A stretch of 56,062 nt of DNA, from contig DAOULQ010000104.1 in NCBI GenBank assembly GCA_034419095.1, positions 1 through 56,062 of the forward strand. Reading direction: 5' to 3'. How positions within the stretch are numbered: position 1 is the first letter of the stretch; every line of letters starts with the position of its first letter. Source of the DNA: Anaerolineae bacterium (lineage in GTDB: Bacteria; Chloroflexota; Anaerolineae; UBA7937). Below are positions 16,027 through 25,896 of this stretch, in pieces. The notes under the pieces are model-generated. The model worked only from the letters and a program-made list of their open reading frames with translations. It had not been told where the DNA came from and did no database searches. The position numbers were made by a program, and so were the translations under genes.

Positions 16027-16072
16027 TATTTAACATCTAAACTGTCCTAGGGTATTTGCATCTAAATTGTCC
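16027..16072 (+). repeat. tandem direct repeat TATTT(AA/G)CATCTAAA(C/T)TGTCC x2
   Basis: 16027-16047 and 16053-16072 match at 18 of 20 positions plus a single 1-nt indel. Located just upstream of the decayed IS ORF, so this may be an IS end or transposase-binding repeat, or an operator. Confidence 0.4.
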
Positions 16073-16106
16073 GCTATTCTACCTCCAAGTAGGAAGTAGA
16101 TCAGGA

Positions 16107-17093
16107 GGTGGAATAGATGAATGCAGAGCTCGAGCAAAAGATGGTTGTTATCAAGCAAATACTGGAGGGCAAGACTCAAAGAGAGATGGCGCGGAGACTT
16201 TAGCATGCTCCCCGAGAACCGTCAGACGCTACCTTAGGGCCTTTCTAGATGAAGGACCGGACCGATTGAGGGACCATCGACACAGCAACAACCGGAAACT
16301 AACTTCTAAGGGCAAGAAGGAGATCGTCAGAGTCAAGAGAGAAGGGCCTTGGAGGTCGGCCAGAAAGGTCGGTGAGATTCCAAACCTCTCAGTCCATCCC
16401 GTAACTATCTGGAGAGTCTTAGTCAAGCATGGTATGGCTCACCTTAATTACGAAGGTGTCAAACCTATTAAGCGGTTTGTGGCCAAAGCTGCCAATGATC
16501 TCTGGCAAGCGGATATCATGGGTAAGGTTAAGTTTCCCAATCTGGGAGTACTCTATCTCATCGCCGTAATCGATGATCATTCAAGGTTCATCCTCTCTGC
16601 GAAGTGGTTCAGAAAGCAGAGCAAGATCAACGTCTTTAGGGTTTGGTATCACGCCCTGTGCCACTATGGACTCCCTCCCTACGGGATCCTGTAAGGAAAG
16701 GCGATGCTTCAAGACAGGGGATCCCAATACAAAGCCCATCGGGGGGAAGCCGATTATCAGTACTACGCGCGGCTCTTGGGGATAGAACTCAAATACGCTA
16801 ACAAGGCCCGCACTAAGGGTAAGATCGAAAGATTCTGGAGGTTTGTCCAGCAAGACTTTGTCGGGGAGAACCTTGAGGTTGATTCCGTCGAGGCGCTAAA
16901 CCGAAGATTCTTTGCTTGGCAAGGATGGTTCAATTACCGCTTCCGCTCTAACGGTTTGGAGCGGAAAAGGTCAACGTCCCGTGTGGGAAGAGGATATGGC
17001 GTAGCCCAGGCAAAAGCAACACGTTCTTCATCATTATTTTTTCCTCCGCATAATGTTGAGAACATACAACCGTCAACGGCCTTCACGGGCTAA
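16107..17093 (+). mobile_element. decayed IS481/IS3-like DDE (rve) transposase gene, disrupted at least twice
   Basis: MNAELEQKMVVIKQILEGKTQREMARRL stops at ~16200. The HTH continues in another frame (CSPRTVRRYLRAF...), followed by the rve core DLWQADIMG...YLIAVIDDHSRF. A second break falls at 16694/16704 (..ILQDRGSQY.., GKIERFWRF). Confidence 0.75.
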
Positions 17094-17474
17094 CACTACC
17101 CCTTACAACCTGTTTGTACGGCTCCGCCTGAATAAGCCAGGTGCTTGTGTGTCTCTTCAGGTGAACACCCTGGGCGGATGACGGAAGCCCAGCGCATTTT
17201 CTCCCGCCTGGGATGGTTACCTCTTCGCCTGATCCCGATACGTCTAGATTCCCCATTACCGTAGTGTTGAGTCTAAGTGGTATCCCTCCGGGTAGCTGAA
17301 GTCAAATTGTTCAAGCAACGATGGCTTGTGTGCTCGTCCAACCTCGTTTCTCAAAAATGATGGAAGGAGGATCGGCAGAACCTATCCCTTTGCTGGCCAA
17401 TCCTGTAATCTTTATCGTAATATGATTGCTGTCCTGTGCGATACCTCCAACGAAGGCGTAAAGCTACAGAATTG

Positions 17475-18623
17475 TTATCCAGGCATTGCAGCGATGCGAC
17501 GGATCTCTTCCACCCAACTAGCTTCACCTTGCGCAATTAGCTGAAGAAAATCTGACCAGATGAAGACCACTACACCATCCGCTTTCGACGCTCTCACCTG
17601 AGCAAGTGCAGCAGCAAATTCCTCAATCGGCAGTTCCCGCCTGCGACCGCCAGACCGATGCATACCATCTAGGTAGAGCGGTTTTGCCTGGAGTGTGCAC
17701 AGTACTTCACGACCAGTGCGCTCCTTTACCTCGTTGGCAATTAGCGGAATCCACTCAAGAGGCCGCTTGAGAATTTGATGGTAAGTCATCACCTCGAAGC
17801 TATCAACTATAGGGCTCAACTTTTCGAAACTTTGACAGAAGACCTCATCGATTGCGTTGTCATAGTCTGCCCGACCAAAGGGTACAGTATTGAGCATAAT
17901 CTTGATGTCCGGTCTGATATCGGTCACACGCTCACGAACAGTAGCCACAGCGCTTGCGATAACGTTACATTTCCAGTCTGTCCACGTAGTACGCTTGTTG
18001 GCCAGAATCCACCTTCCAGCCTTCTCACCTTCTAATCCATGCGGTATTTCGACTCCCCCCTCCTCTTGAAAGCGTTTCAGGCAATTCTTACAAAAACAAT
18101 ACTCGTGGAAGTCCGATCTAGACGCATCCGGCCCCCACAACTCCCAAAATCCGGGGAAGCGGATGAAAACGAGGAACACGCCATCGGGGTTCAGGACCTC
18201 AACCGCCTTGTGGATGCTTGCCACGCGGCGTTCCAGGAGGCTTTCATGGCTAGGACATAAGCCAACATACCAATCTACCTTCTCTATGGGCTCGCCACAT
18301 TCGTTGAGGGGGCGCAAATCGGGATTGGTTTCGAGAGCCATTGGATCAAAGAACATTGAAACCGCTACATAGTACTCTATGCCTGCTTCCCCCAAAGCAT
18401 CGCGGAAGGCCCGATCATCGTACTGTTTGAAACGTTCCTGCATTTCTGAGGGCACCTCACTCTTCACGGCGCTGTCTGGTAGCGGCAGCATCGCACTTTG
18501 GGTGAGCACAAGTGAGACACCTTGCTCTCTTAACCTTTGAGCTGCTTCTCTATAGGTCATCCCGAATTTAAGGTACCAATCCATGGTATAAATCTTCATC
18601 CCCACTCGAAAATTTGACATCAT
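17475..18623 (-). CDS. hypothetical TIM-barrel glycoside-hydrolase-like protein (GHL/YngK-like, weak assignment)
   Basis: ~382 aa. VFLVFIRFPGFWELWGP and the Cys cluster CFCKNCLKRF are reminiscent of GHL10/DUF187-type proteins. Start taken at the MM pair (18623). By my reading the frame stays open upstream into the IS relic (in-frame ATG at 18797), so the N-terminus is uncertain. Confidence 0.5.
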   Translation of the reverse strand: MMSNFRVGMKIYTMDWYLKFGMTYREAAQRLREQGVSLVLTQSAMLPLPDSAVKSEVPSEMQERFKQYDDRAFRDALGEAGIEYYVAVSMFFDPMALETNPDLRPLNECGEPIEKVDWYVGLCPSHESLLERRVASIHKAVEVLNPDGVFLVFIRFPGFWELWGPDASRSDFHEYCFCKNCLKRFQEEGGVEIPHGLEGEKAGRWILANKRTTWTDWKCNVIASAVATVRERVTDIRPDIKIMLNTVPFGRADYDNAIDEVFCQSFEKLSPIVDSFEVMTYHQILKRPLEWIPLIANEVKERTGREVLCTLQAKPLYLDGMHRSGGRRRELPIEEFAAALAQVRASKADGVVVFIWSDFLQLIAQGEASWVEEIRRIAAMPG

Positions 18624-18661
18624 AAACTCCGGTCCGATCTCTCGCAGGTGCCTATTCAAGT

Positions 18662-18981
18662 GGCAGTGTATCGGCCATCCGCCTTCTCTGCTTCCTTTGA
18701 AGTCTGCTCGCAGTATATCTCTGCAGGCACTCGGTAGTCAAGAGCTTGATGGGGACGCCCTTGGTTGTAGTGCTCTCGGTAGCTGGCGATCTTCATCTGG
18801 GCCTCTAGTGACTCTTAGTAGCCCTTAGGCCATATCATTTAGACTCAGCCCGTGATCAAAGCGCTCCACCAAGCCCAGAATCTCAGGCTGACTGCTCTTT
18901 GGCCCTAGCATGGGGGAAGGAAGCGGGCCTCAGATATGCCCTGAATGTCCCGGAGGTGAGCTGGGGGCCATTGTCGCTCAC
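18662..18981 (-). mobile_element. relic of an IS3-family/rve transposase (C-terminal part, with frameshifts and a stop)
   Basis: Minus-strand translation gives VSDNGPQLTSGTFRAYL, GLVERFDHGL (frame-shifted), then LEAQMKIASYREHYNQGRPHQALDYRVPAEIY, the classic integrase C-terminus. Confidence 0.7.
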
Positions 18982-19517
18982 GGGGCCCGCAGACATTCTA
19001 ACCGTTCCTAATCTGAGACCAAAGTTATCGAGCTAGAAGGCCGTCCTCTTTGGCTGCACCTCTAGAGCGGGCTATAGCCTCTGTCTCGCTAGGTACGAGG
19101 AGTACTCTACTCATCTTCCCGTAAGTTGGCTGGTCCTCATTCCCTCGGATTTGCTGCACAGGTTCCACGAGACACTTCTTCTGACTACTTATCGTCTCAC
19201 AACGACATTTTCGATGAGTTTCCAGTTAGCGGCGGATCGGTTCACTATAGCAACCAAAGGGACAAGCAGGAGGCTGTTTCACTAAACGAAGGTAGCAATG
19301 ACCAATCGCAACCACTGCCGAAAGTCCAGCAGACTTTCGAAACCTGGACTTTCTCAGGGACAGAAGGTAGGCCAAGACAGGAAAGGTACTGAAGTTGGGA
19401 GTAACGACAGAAGGGCTTCTGGCTAGCGTATGGCACTTGCCGGGCAGGGAAATCGGCTTGTGAGCGGCGAAGAGGGGATATCCTAGCATCAGATGATGAG
19501 AAAAAAGCCAATCCGAT

Positions 19518-21056
19518 TCAGTATAACTCTCCAGAACCATGAATCGAAGTGGACTGTATCTCACAGATTTCAGTGAATTGATCGGCTAGTCCTTGGTAAA
19601 CCTTGCTATATATGTCGACCAAGCGCAAATAGAGATCATGGTTTGTCATGTTTGGAGTGCAACACCCCTTGATAGGCACATATCTCCTTACCTCTCTGAG
19701 ATTCCTTATGTGGCCCAAAGCATACATGGCTAGAAAGACCGCCCCAAGGCTGGTAGTTTCGATGGTTTGAGGCACAAGCAGCTGTCGACCGCATACATCG
19801 GCCATAATCTGGATCCAAAGAGGCGACCGCAGAAATCCACCCGAACCCCTAATCTCTCTCATCTTTCCAGTCACCTCTTCCAATGCCAGAAGCACGCTAT
19901 ACATTCGATAGGCTACCCCCTCCATGATGGCCCTGATGAAGTGGCGACGGTCATGGCGGAGGGACAAGCCAAATAAGACACCCCGGGCGTTGGGGTCCCA
20001 ATTCGGGCTTCTCTCACCAGTCAGATAGGGCAGAAAGATCAACCCCTCTGAGCCAACGCCTACCTCGGCTGCCTCTTCATCAAGAGCTTCATATGAGTCC
20101 TCAGCGGCGGGACAGAAATGGTCTCGAAACCATTGGTATACCAAACCGGCGTTGTTTATCGCACCACCTACGACCCAAGCCTCGTCAGTTAACAAGTAAC
20201 ACCAAGTTCTCTCCTTCTCATCCAACTTCGGCTCCTGGGAGAGAACGCGGAGGGCCCCGCTGGTTCCGATCATACAAGTCAGCTGCCCAGGCTCCACCGA
20301 ACCAGCGCCCAGGTTCGAGAGGAGCCCGTCCCCAGCCCCAATGACGACCAGCACGTTGGAAGGAATGCCCATAGCCTCGGCGTAGATTGGATCCACACCT
20401 TCAAATGTCGTAGTCGTTGCCACATGCTCCGAAAGCCTATCGGGCGTGATGCCTACAATCTCGAGCGTATCATAGTCCCAATCAAGATGGTGGATGTTAA
20501 AGAGTCCGGTGCCAGAGGCTATCGACCGGTCAACTAGATACCTGTTCAACAACTTATAGAGCACGTATTCCTTTAAAGAGATGAACTTGTGGGCCTTTCG
20601 ATATGCCCCCGGAAGGTTCTCACGCATCCAAAGGATCTTGGAGGCCGGATACATAGGATGAACCGGGCAACCCGTTCGTTCATATATCTGGTGAGCATCG
20701 TGTTCTTCTCTAAGACGAAGCGACCAATCCTTGCTCCGCGTATCCGCCCAGATTAAGGCTTTGGTGAGGGAGATGCCCTCCCGATCCACAGCCAGGAGGC
20801 TATGCAAGGCCCCGCTGAAGGACAATGCCCAGATCTCATCTGGCGGCACACAGGAACTGATAACAGCCCTCCTCACCGCTTCTATCACACCAGCGAATAC
20901 AGCATCGGGGTCCTGTTCTGCCCAGGAGGGGTGCGGTGAGAGGATAGAATAGGGGCTAGTCCCCTCTCCTAGGCATCTCCCTTCCAAGTCGACAATTATG
21001 CACTTGCAACCCGTAGTCCCTATGTCGACGCCGAGGATATACCGCTTTGAAGACAA
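19518..21056 (-). CDS. gntK: gluconokinase, FGGY family (Bacillus GntK type)
   Basis: LGVDIGTTGCK, VIGAGDGLLSNLG, IGTSGALRV, GGAINNAGLVYQWFRD, GSGGFLRSPLWIQIMADV. Collinear with my recollection of B. subtilis GntK. TTG start with GAGGTGGGGAG RBS. Confidence 0.9.
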   Translation of the reverse strand: MSSKRYILGVDIGTTGCKCIIVDLEGRCLGEGTSPYSILSPHPSWAEQDPDAVFAGVIEAVRRAVISSCVPPDEIWALSFSGALHSLLAVDREGISLTKALIWADTRSKDWSLRLREEHDAHQIYERTGCPVHPMYPASKILWMRENLPGAYRKAHKFISLKEYVLYKLLNRYLVDRSIASGTGLFNIHHLDWDYDTLEIVGITPDRLSEHVATTTTFEGVDPIYAEAMGIPSNVLVVIGAGDGLLSNLGAGSVEPGQLTCMIGTSGALRVLSQEPKLDEKERTWCYLLTDEAWVVGGAINNAGLVYQWFRDHFCPAAEDSYEALDEEAAEVGVGSEGLIFLPYLTGERSPNWDPNARGVLFGLSLRHDRRHFIRAIMEGVAYRMYSVLLALEEVTGKMREIRGSGGFLRSPLWIQIMADVCGRQLLVPQTIETTSLGAVFLAMYALGHIRNLREVRRYVPIKGCCTPNMTNHDLYLRLVDIYSKVYQGLADQFTEICEIQSTSIHGSGELY

Positions 21057-21065
21057 CTCCCCACC

Positions 21066-22478
21066 TCACTTCTTTTGCCAGTCAGTATGAAAAATCCCCC
21101 CCTTGTCAACTCGCTTGTAGGTATGGGCTCCAAAGTAATCCCGTTGGGCCTGAATCAGGTTAGCGGGCAACCGTATGCTCCGGTAGGCATCATAGTAGGC
21201 CAGTGAGGCGCTCATGGCCGGGCAGGGGATGCCAAGGGCAGCCGCAGTTCTGACTGCGAAGCGCCAGCCATCTTGCCGATTCTTCACTGCCGTCGCAAAT
21301 TCTGGGTCCAACAAAAGGTTCGATAAAGAGGGATTCCGCTCAAATGCGAGGCGGATCTTGTCCAAGAACTGCGCCCGGATGATACATCCACCCCGCCAGA
21401 TACGAGCGATCTCTCCCAGGAGCAAGCCGTAGTTGTACTCATCGCTAGCGACCTGCAAGAGGGCCATCCCCTGAGCATAGGAGCAGATCTTGGAAGCGTA
21501 GAGAGCGGCTTCCACCGCCTCAATGAACTCTCTAGGGCTGGCTTGATATTGAATCGAAGGGCCAGATAGTATCTGGGAAGCCGTCAACCTTTCTCCCTTA
21601 TAGGTCGATAGGTATCGTGATTCCACCGCCGCACTGATAGTGGGTATGGGGACGCCCAATTCGAGAGCGTTCTGCAAGACCCACTTACCCGTGCCTTTCT
21701 GCTCAGCCACATCTAGGATTAACTCTACCAGTGGCTTCCCGGTCTCCCCGTCGATCTTTGTGAAGATGTCAGCCGTCATCTCGATGAGATAGGAAGAGAG
21801 TTCACCGCGGTTCCATTCAGCGAAGACATCCTGCAACTCCGCTGCCGACAGGCCCAACGCCCGCCGTAAGAGATCGTACGCTTCAGAGATAAGTTGCATA
21901 TCCCCATACTCGATGCCGTTGTGGACCATCTTCACATACTGTCCTGCGCCTCCAGGCCCTATAAAGGCCACACATGGCTCTCCATCTACCTTCGCCGCTA
22001 TGGCAGTCAGGATAGGCTCCACTACCTCATACGCCTCCCGCTGACCACCAGGCATGAGGCTGGGTCCCCAGATGGCACCGTATTCGCCACCAGAGATGCC
22101 CATACCAATATACAACAAACCCAGCCCATGAAGATCCTTGGACCTGCGCTCAGTGTCTTTGAAGAAGGAGTTCCCGCCGTCGATGATCAAATCACCAGGC
22201 TCCAAATAGGGCTTGAGTTGCTCGATCAGGGCGTCCACAGGCTCTCCAGCCTTGACCATGATCATGATCTTCCGAGGAGTGGCTAGTGATTGAACGAACT
22301 CCTCGATGGAATAGGTGGGCAGGATATTCTTACCAGCCGCTCGCTTCTCCACAAACTCCCGGGTTCTACCGGCGGTGCGATTGTGGACCGCCACCGAGAA
22401 TCCATTTCTCTCTATATTTAAGGCCAAGTTCTGGCCCATTACCGCGAGACCGATTAGGCCAAAATCTTGCTTCATCAT
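21066..22478 (-). CDS. gnd: 6-phosphogluconate dehydrogenase, decarboxylating
   Basis: 470 aa: GLIGLAVMGQNLALNI, DGGNSFFKDT, HNGIEYGDMQLISEAY, QRDYFGAHTY. Its start overlaps the upstream stop. Confidence 0.95.
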   Translation of the reverse strand: MMKQDFGLIGLAVMGQNLALNIERNGFSVAVHNRTAGRTREFVEKRAAGKNILPTYSIEEFVQSLATPRKIMIMVKAGEPVDALIEQLKPYLEPGDLIIDGGNSFFKDTERRSKDLHGLGLLYIGMGISGGEYGAIWGPSLMPGGQREAYEVVEPILTAIAAKVDGEPCVAFIGPGGAGQYVKMVHNGIEYGDMQLISEAYDLLRRALGLSAAELQDVFAEWNRGELSSYLIEMTADIFTKIDGETGKPLVELILDVAEQKGTGKWVLQNALELGVPIPTISAAVESRYLSTYKGERLTASQILSGPSIQYQASPREFIEAVEAALYASKICSYAQGMALLQVASDEYNYGLLLGEIARIWRGGCIIRAQFLDKIRLAFERNPSLSNLLLDPEFATAVKNRQDGWRFAVRTAAALGIPCPAMSASLAYYDAYRSIRLPANLIQAQRDYFGAHTYKRVDKGGIFHTDWQKK

Positions 22479-23752
22479 GCCCGCCCTTCTGGACTCTCCT
22501 CCCAGCCGCGAAGCCGATACAAGGTCTCTCCGGCTTCCCTCACCAACAAGATGCCCTCATCCTCTCGATTCTCCCATTCGGATGGATCAATCTTCGTTGG
22601 GTCCATATATCCCAGGTTGATGCGCTTGCAGCGCTCCTCAGGGATGCCTGTAGCCAGGGAGACCTGGATCCTTGCCCGCTCTACACCAGCCTCGAAGCTG
22701 CCCAGCCCTTTGAGATGGGTCGAGTGAGCCAGGACGCATTTAGACATGTTCATGAAACGATCCATCTGCTTCAAGAAGTAATCCCGCGTATGATAACCGA
22801 TCTGGTCGATGAGCCTCCCATGAGTATAGGAGACCTCCGTGATATGGGGGGCATAAATGATCACCTCTCCGCCATCTGCGACTATGGGTTCAACTTTGTA
22901 CATAGCTTTAGCCCCGGTCCATAGATCATCGTACATCCTTGGCGCCATGGATAACACACTCTCGAAGGGCCTATCGAGGTAGATGATATTGAGCTTGGCG
23001 GAGAGATCTGCAGCCTGCTTATATGCTTCCTCAGGCGTGCCGATGTAGAGGCCTGCCAGATCCTCGCCCCTCATTACAAGGCTGAAACACGGGATAGGCA
23101 CCTCGACCAAGGAAGCAGCCCTGTCAATCATGTCACGAACAGGTGTCTCGATAGCACCATTAACCCGCATGTTGGTGAGCAGCGCACCAAGCCAATGGGT
23201 GGCGTCGATTATCTCCCGACCGGCGATTCCAGGGAATAGGTATTTGTTGCCACCAGAGAAGCCAACCACTTCGTGAGGGAACGTTGGCCCACAGATTATG
23301 AGCTGGTCGTAGTCGAAGATAGTCTTGTTCACGGCGATGGGAACCTCATCCTCCATTAGCCCGTGACTTAGATGTCGGGTTTCCTTCTCGCTTGTGGTAC
23401 CGATGATACGAAAGGTGTCGGGGAGATCCCAACGGTGGTTGAAGATATTGACATCCCTGTACGTGTGTGAGCGCTCCTGCGGAGTGAGGCCCACTAGATT
23501 ATTAAGTTCTTCCTCGGACATAAGCGGATGAGTGCCTAACGCCATAAGATAATCTAAGGCAGCAACTTTCCTGCCCATGATCTCGTAGAAAAGGCGAAAA
23601 AAGAAGGGCGAGGGTGCAGTGCGAGTATTATCTGGGATGACAACGAGTACGCGCTTACCGTCGAGGTTGAGCCCTCCCAGGGCCTTTGTGGTCAGTTCTC
23701 GAATCTCGGCCTCAGGTAGGAAGCCCTGCTCGTACCCTCTTCCAACGACCAT
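22475..23752 (-). CDS. LarA-family (nickel-pincer nucleotide dependent) 2-hydroxyacid racemase/epimerase homolog
   Basis: VLVVIPDNTRTAP, ALGTHPLM, FPHEVVGFSGGNKYLFPG and IDATHWLGA correspond to the DxTR, His108, His174/Lys184 and His200 regions of lactate racemase. ATG at 23752 is preceded by GAGG; the track uses a GTG at 23761. Confidence 0.8.
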   Translation of the reverse strand: MVVGRGYEQGFLPEAEIRELTTKALGGLNLDGKRVLVVIPDNTRTAPSPFFFRLFYEIMGRKVAALDYLMALGTHPLMSEEELNNLVGLTPQERSHTYRDVNIFNHRWDLPDTFRIIGTTSEKETRHLSHGLMEDEVPIAVNKTIFDYDQLIICGPTFPHEVVGFSGGNKYLFPGIAGREIIDATHWLGALLTNMRVNGAIETPVRDMIDRAASLVEVPIPCFSLVMRGEDLAGLYIGTPEEAYKQAADLSAKLNIIYLDRPFESVLSMAPRMYDDLWTGAKAMYKVEPIVADGGEVIIYAPHITEVSYTHGRLIDQIGYHTRDYFLKQMDRFMNMSKCVLAHSTHLKGLGSFEAGVERARIQVSLATGIPEERCKRINLGYMDPTKIDPSEWENREDEGILLVREAGETLYRLRGWEESPEGRA

Positions 23753-23787
23753 CAGGGGCACCTCAGTAGTCGATTATTGAAACCCTC

Positions 23788-24621
23788 TTACACCCCGCCG
23801 AAAGCCGAAAAGCCACCGTCAACAGGGATCACCGTCCCATGTACAAAGGCGGAGCCTGGCGAGGCAAGCCATAAGACTGTGCTTATCAAATCCTCAGGCA
23901 CACCGAAGCGCCGCATAGGGGTGTGCTCGATGATTCTCCCTCCCCGTTCAGTTAACTCACCCGTGGCCTCATCAACTAATAGAAAACGATTCTGCTGGGT
24001 GAGGAAGAAGCCTGGTGCAATGGCGTTAACCCGGATCTTGTCAGAATAGTTCTGAGCCATGTGCACGGCTAGCCATTGGGTGAAGTTGGTCACCGCTGCC
24101 TTGGCGGCCGAATAAGCGACGGTGTTGGTCAAGGGCCTGAAAGCATTCATGGAGGAGACGTTGATTATGCACCCTTCACCCTGCTCGGCCATCAGTTTCC
24201 CAAACAGCTGGCTGGGTAGAAGAGTACCCAGGAAATTGAGATCGAACACCCCACGGATGGCATCGGTAGGCAACTCAAAGAAGGATAGGTTGGCATTGGT
24301 GGTCGCTTGGGGGTTGTTGCCTCCCGCTCCGTTGATCAAGATGTCTACAGTGCCTAATGTCGCCACCACCTCATCTCGCGCACTCTTCAGATTATCTTTG
24401 GAGAGGACATCAGCCTGGATAGCGACCGCTTCACCACCCACAGCCGTAATATCGTCGGCCACCTTCTGGGCTGCCTCCAGGTTTATATCCAGCACCGTCA
24501 CCCTGACGCCCACCTGACCAAAAGCGCGGCAGATAGCTCCACACAGAACTCCCCCGCCACCGGTCACCGCTGCAACTTTCCCGGAAAGGCTGTACAGTTT
24601 CTCCAAATAGTCGATGCTCAC
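23788..24621 (-). CDS. SDR-family oxidoreductase (UxuB-type D-mannonate/fructuronate or gluconate 5-dehydrogenase-like)
   Basis: 277 aa: LSGKVAAVTGGGGVLCG, NGAGGN, YSAAKAAVTNFTQ. Length and N-terminus are like the ~278-aa SDR-type mannonate oxidoreductases. GTG start with GGAGGG RBS. Confidence 0.75.
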   Translation of the reverse strand: MSIDYLEKLYSLSGKVAAVTGGGGVLCGAICRAFGQVGVRVTVLDINLEAAQKVADDITAVGGEAVAIQADVLSKDNLKSARDEVVATLGTVDILINGAGGNNPQATTNANLSFFELPTDAIRGVFDLNFLGTLLPSQLFGKLMAEQGEGCIINVSSMNAFRPLTNTVAYSAAKAAVTNFTQWLAVHMAQNYSDKIRVNAIAPGFFLTQQNRFLLVDEATGELTERGGRIIEHTPMRRFGVPEDLISTVLWLASPGSAFVHGTVIPVDGGFSAFGGV

Positions 24622-24705
24622 CTTTACCCTCCATCACACGAAACGTGCAACTATGTCACCAACCAATCCGGCCAACAGGGAGAATGGCCTTAACCTCTAC
24701 TTCCG

Positions 24706-25896
24706 CTATTTCTCGCCCAATTCGGAAAAACGGACCCTTCTCCCCTTTTCCGCCGAGAGGTAGGCGGCATATATTACCTTTACAACCTCATGGCCCAGCT
24801 GGACATCGACTAACGGCTCCCGCTCATAGATGACCGCCTCCACGAAATCCCGCAGTTCCTGCGGGTAGCCCAACATCCATTCTTCATCTATGCTGGGGTA
24901 ACTCCAACCGGCTTTGGTCTCCAGCTTCTCCTGGATATACTCCTGGGCGAAGACCGTCGGGTCGGGGGCGTAGGCGCGGAGCAGAGTGCTATGAGTCAGG
25001 TCCCCTTTAATGTGAGTATTGGAGAGGAGGAGTTCAAAGGTATCCTCCATCCCTCCCAAGGCGATATCAGAGGCCGCAAAGACTCCCCGCGAGCCGTCGC
25101 TGAAGTTGATGAGGACGGTAGCCCAGTTCTCCACATCCACCCAGTCGGTCACTAGCCATCTCCTCTCCTCCTGAAGGGAAGGGATCTGGCTGAGATCTCC
25201 CACCTCAGCATAAAGGCTCTCCACGGATATGGGCTTCCCGTACCTTCTCAGTCCCTCCTCGGCCTTGAAGTAGAGTCCTGTCCCTATAGGGTGAGGGCCG
25301 AGCCGCATTAGAGCGCCTCCCCCAGAGTACCGCCACTCTTTAGCATAGCTGGCGTGGGAGCCGCTATGGGACTCTTGAGCCCGTATCTCCAGGATGGTGC
25401 CCCCGCTGGCTTCGACCAACTCCTCCACTTTGCGCACCGCGGGCGAATAGAGCCAGTTCTCCGCGTACATCAGCTTGACCCCGCAGCGGCTGGCGACTTC
25501 GATCATGTCATCGGCACTCCGGAGTGCTCCTTCCAACATCCTCGTCTTCGAGGTGGCTGCTACACTCTCTTCTCCATCTCCAAAGTAGCCGGTGAGGGGC
25601 TTCTCGCAGATGACATGCTTGCCGGCCTTTGCCGCCTCTATGGCAAAAGGCTTATGAAGGTGATTAGGTACGCAGAGATCCACTATCTGGACATCCGGCC
25701 GCTGAATAACCTGCCGGTAATCATCGGAGAAATCGGCGATACCGTACCTCTTGGCGAACACTTCGGCCTGGGATAGGGGCAACGCTGCCACTGCCAAGAC
25801 CTCCACCCCTAGATCAGCCATCCTCCCGTAGCAGCGAGCATGCATGTTGGCTGCAAAGCCTGCCCCGATAATCCCTAGGCCAACTCTCTTTAGCAT
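24706..25896 (-). CDS. Gfo/Idh/MocA-family NAD(P)-dependent oxidoreductase
   Basis: VGLGIIGAGFAANMHA, ICEKPLT, 396 aa. RBS GGAGGTGG. Confidence 0.85.
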   Translation of the reverse strand: MLKRVGLGIIGAGFAANMHARCYGRMADLGVEVLAVAALPLSQAEVFAKRYGIADFSDDYRQVIQRPDVQIVDLCVPNHLHKPFAIEAAKAGKHVICEKPLTGYFGDGEESVAATSKTRMLEGALRSADDMIEVASRCGVKLMYAENWLYSPAVRKVEELVEASGGTILEIRAQESHSGSHASYAKEWRYSGGGALMRLGPHPIGTGLYFKAEEGLRRYGKPISVESLYAEVGDLSQIPSLQEERRWLVTDWVDVENWATVLINFSDGSRGVFAASDIALGGMEDTFELLLSNTHIKGDLTHSTLLRAYAPDPTVFAQEYIQEKLETKAGWSYPSIDEEWMLGYPQELRDFVEAVIYEREPLVDVQLGHEVVKVIYAAYLSAEKGRRVRFSELGEK

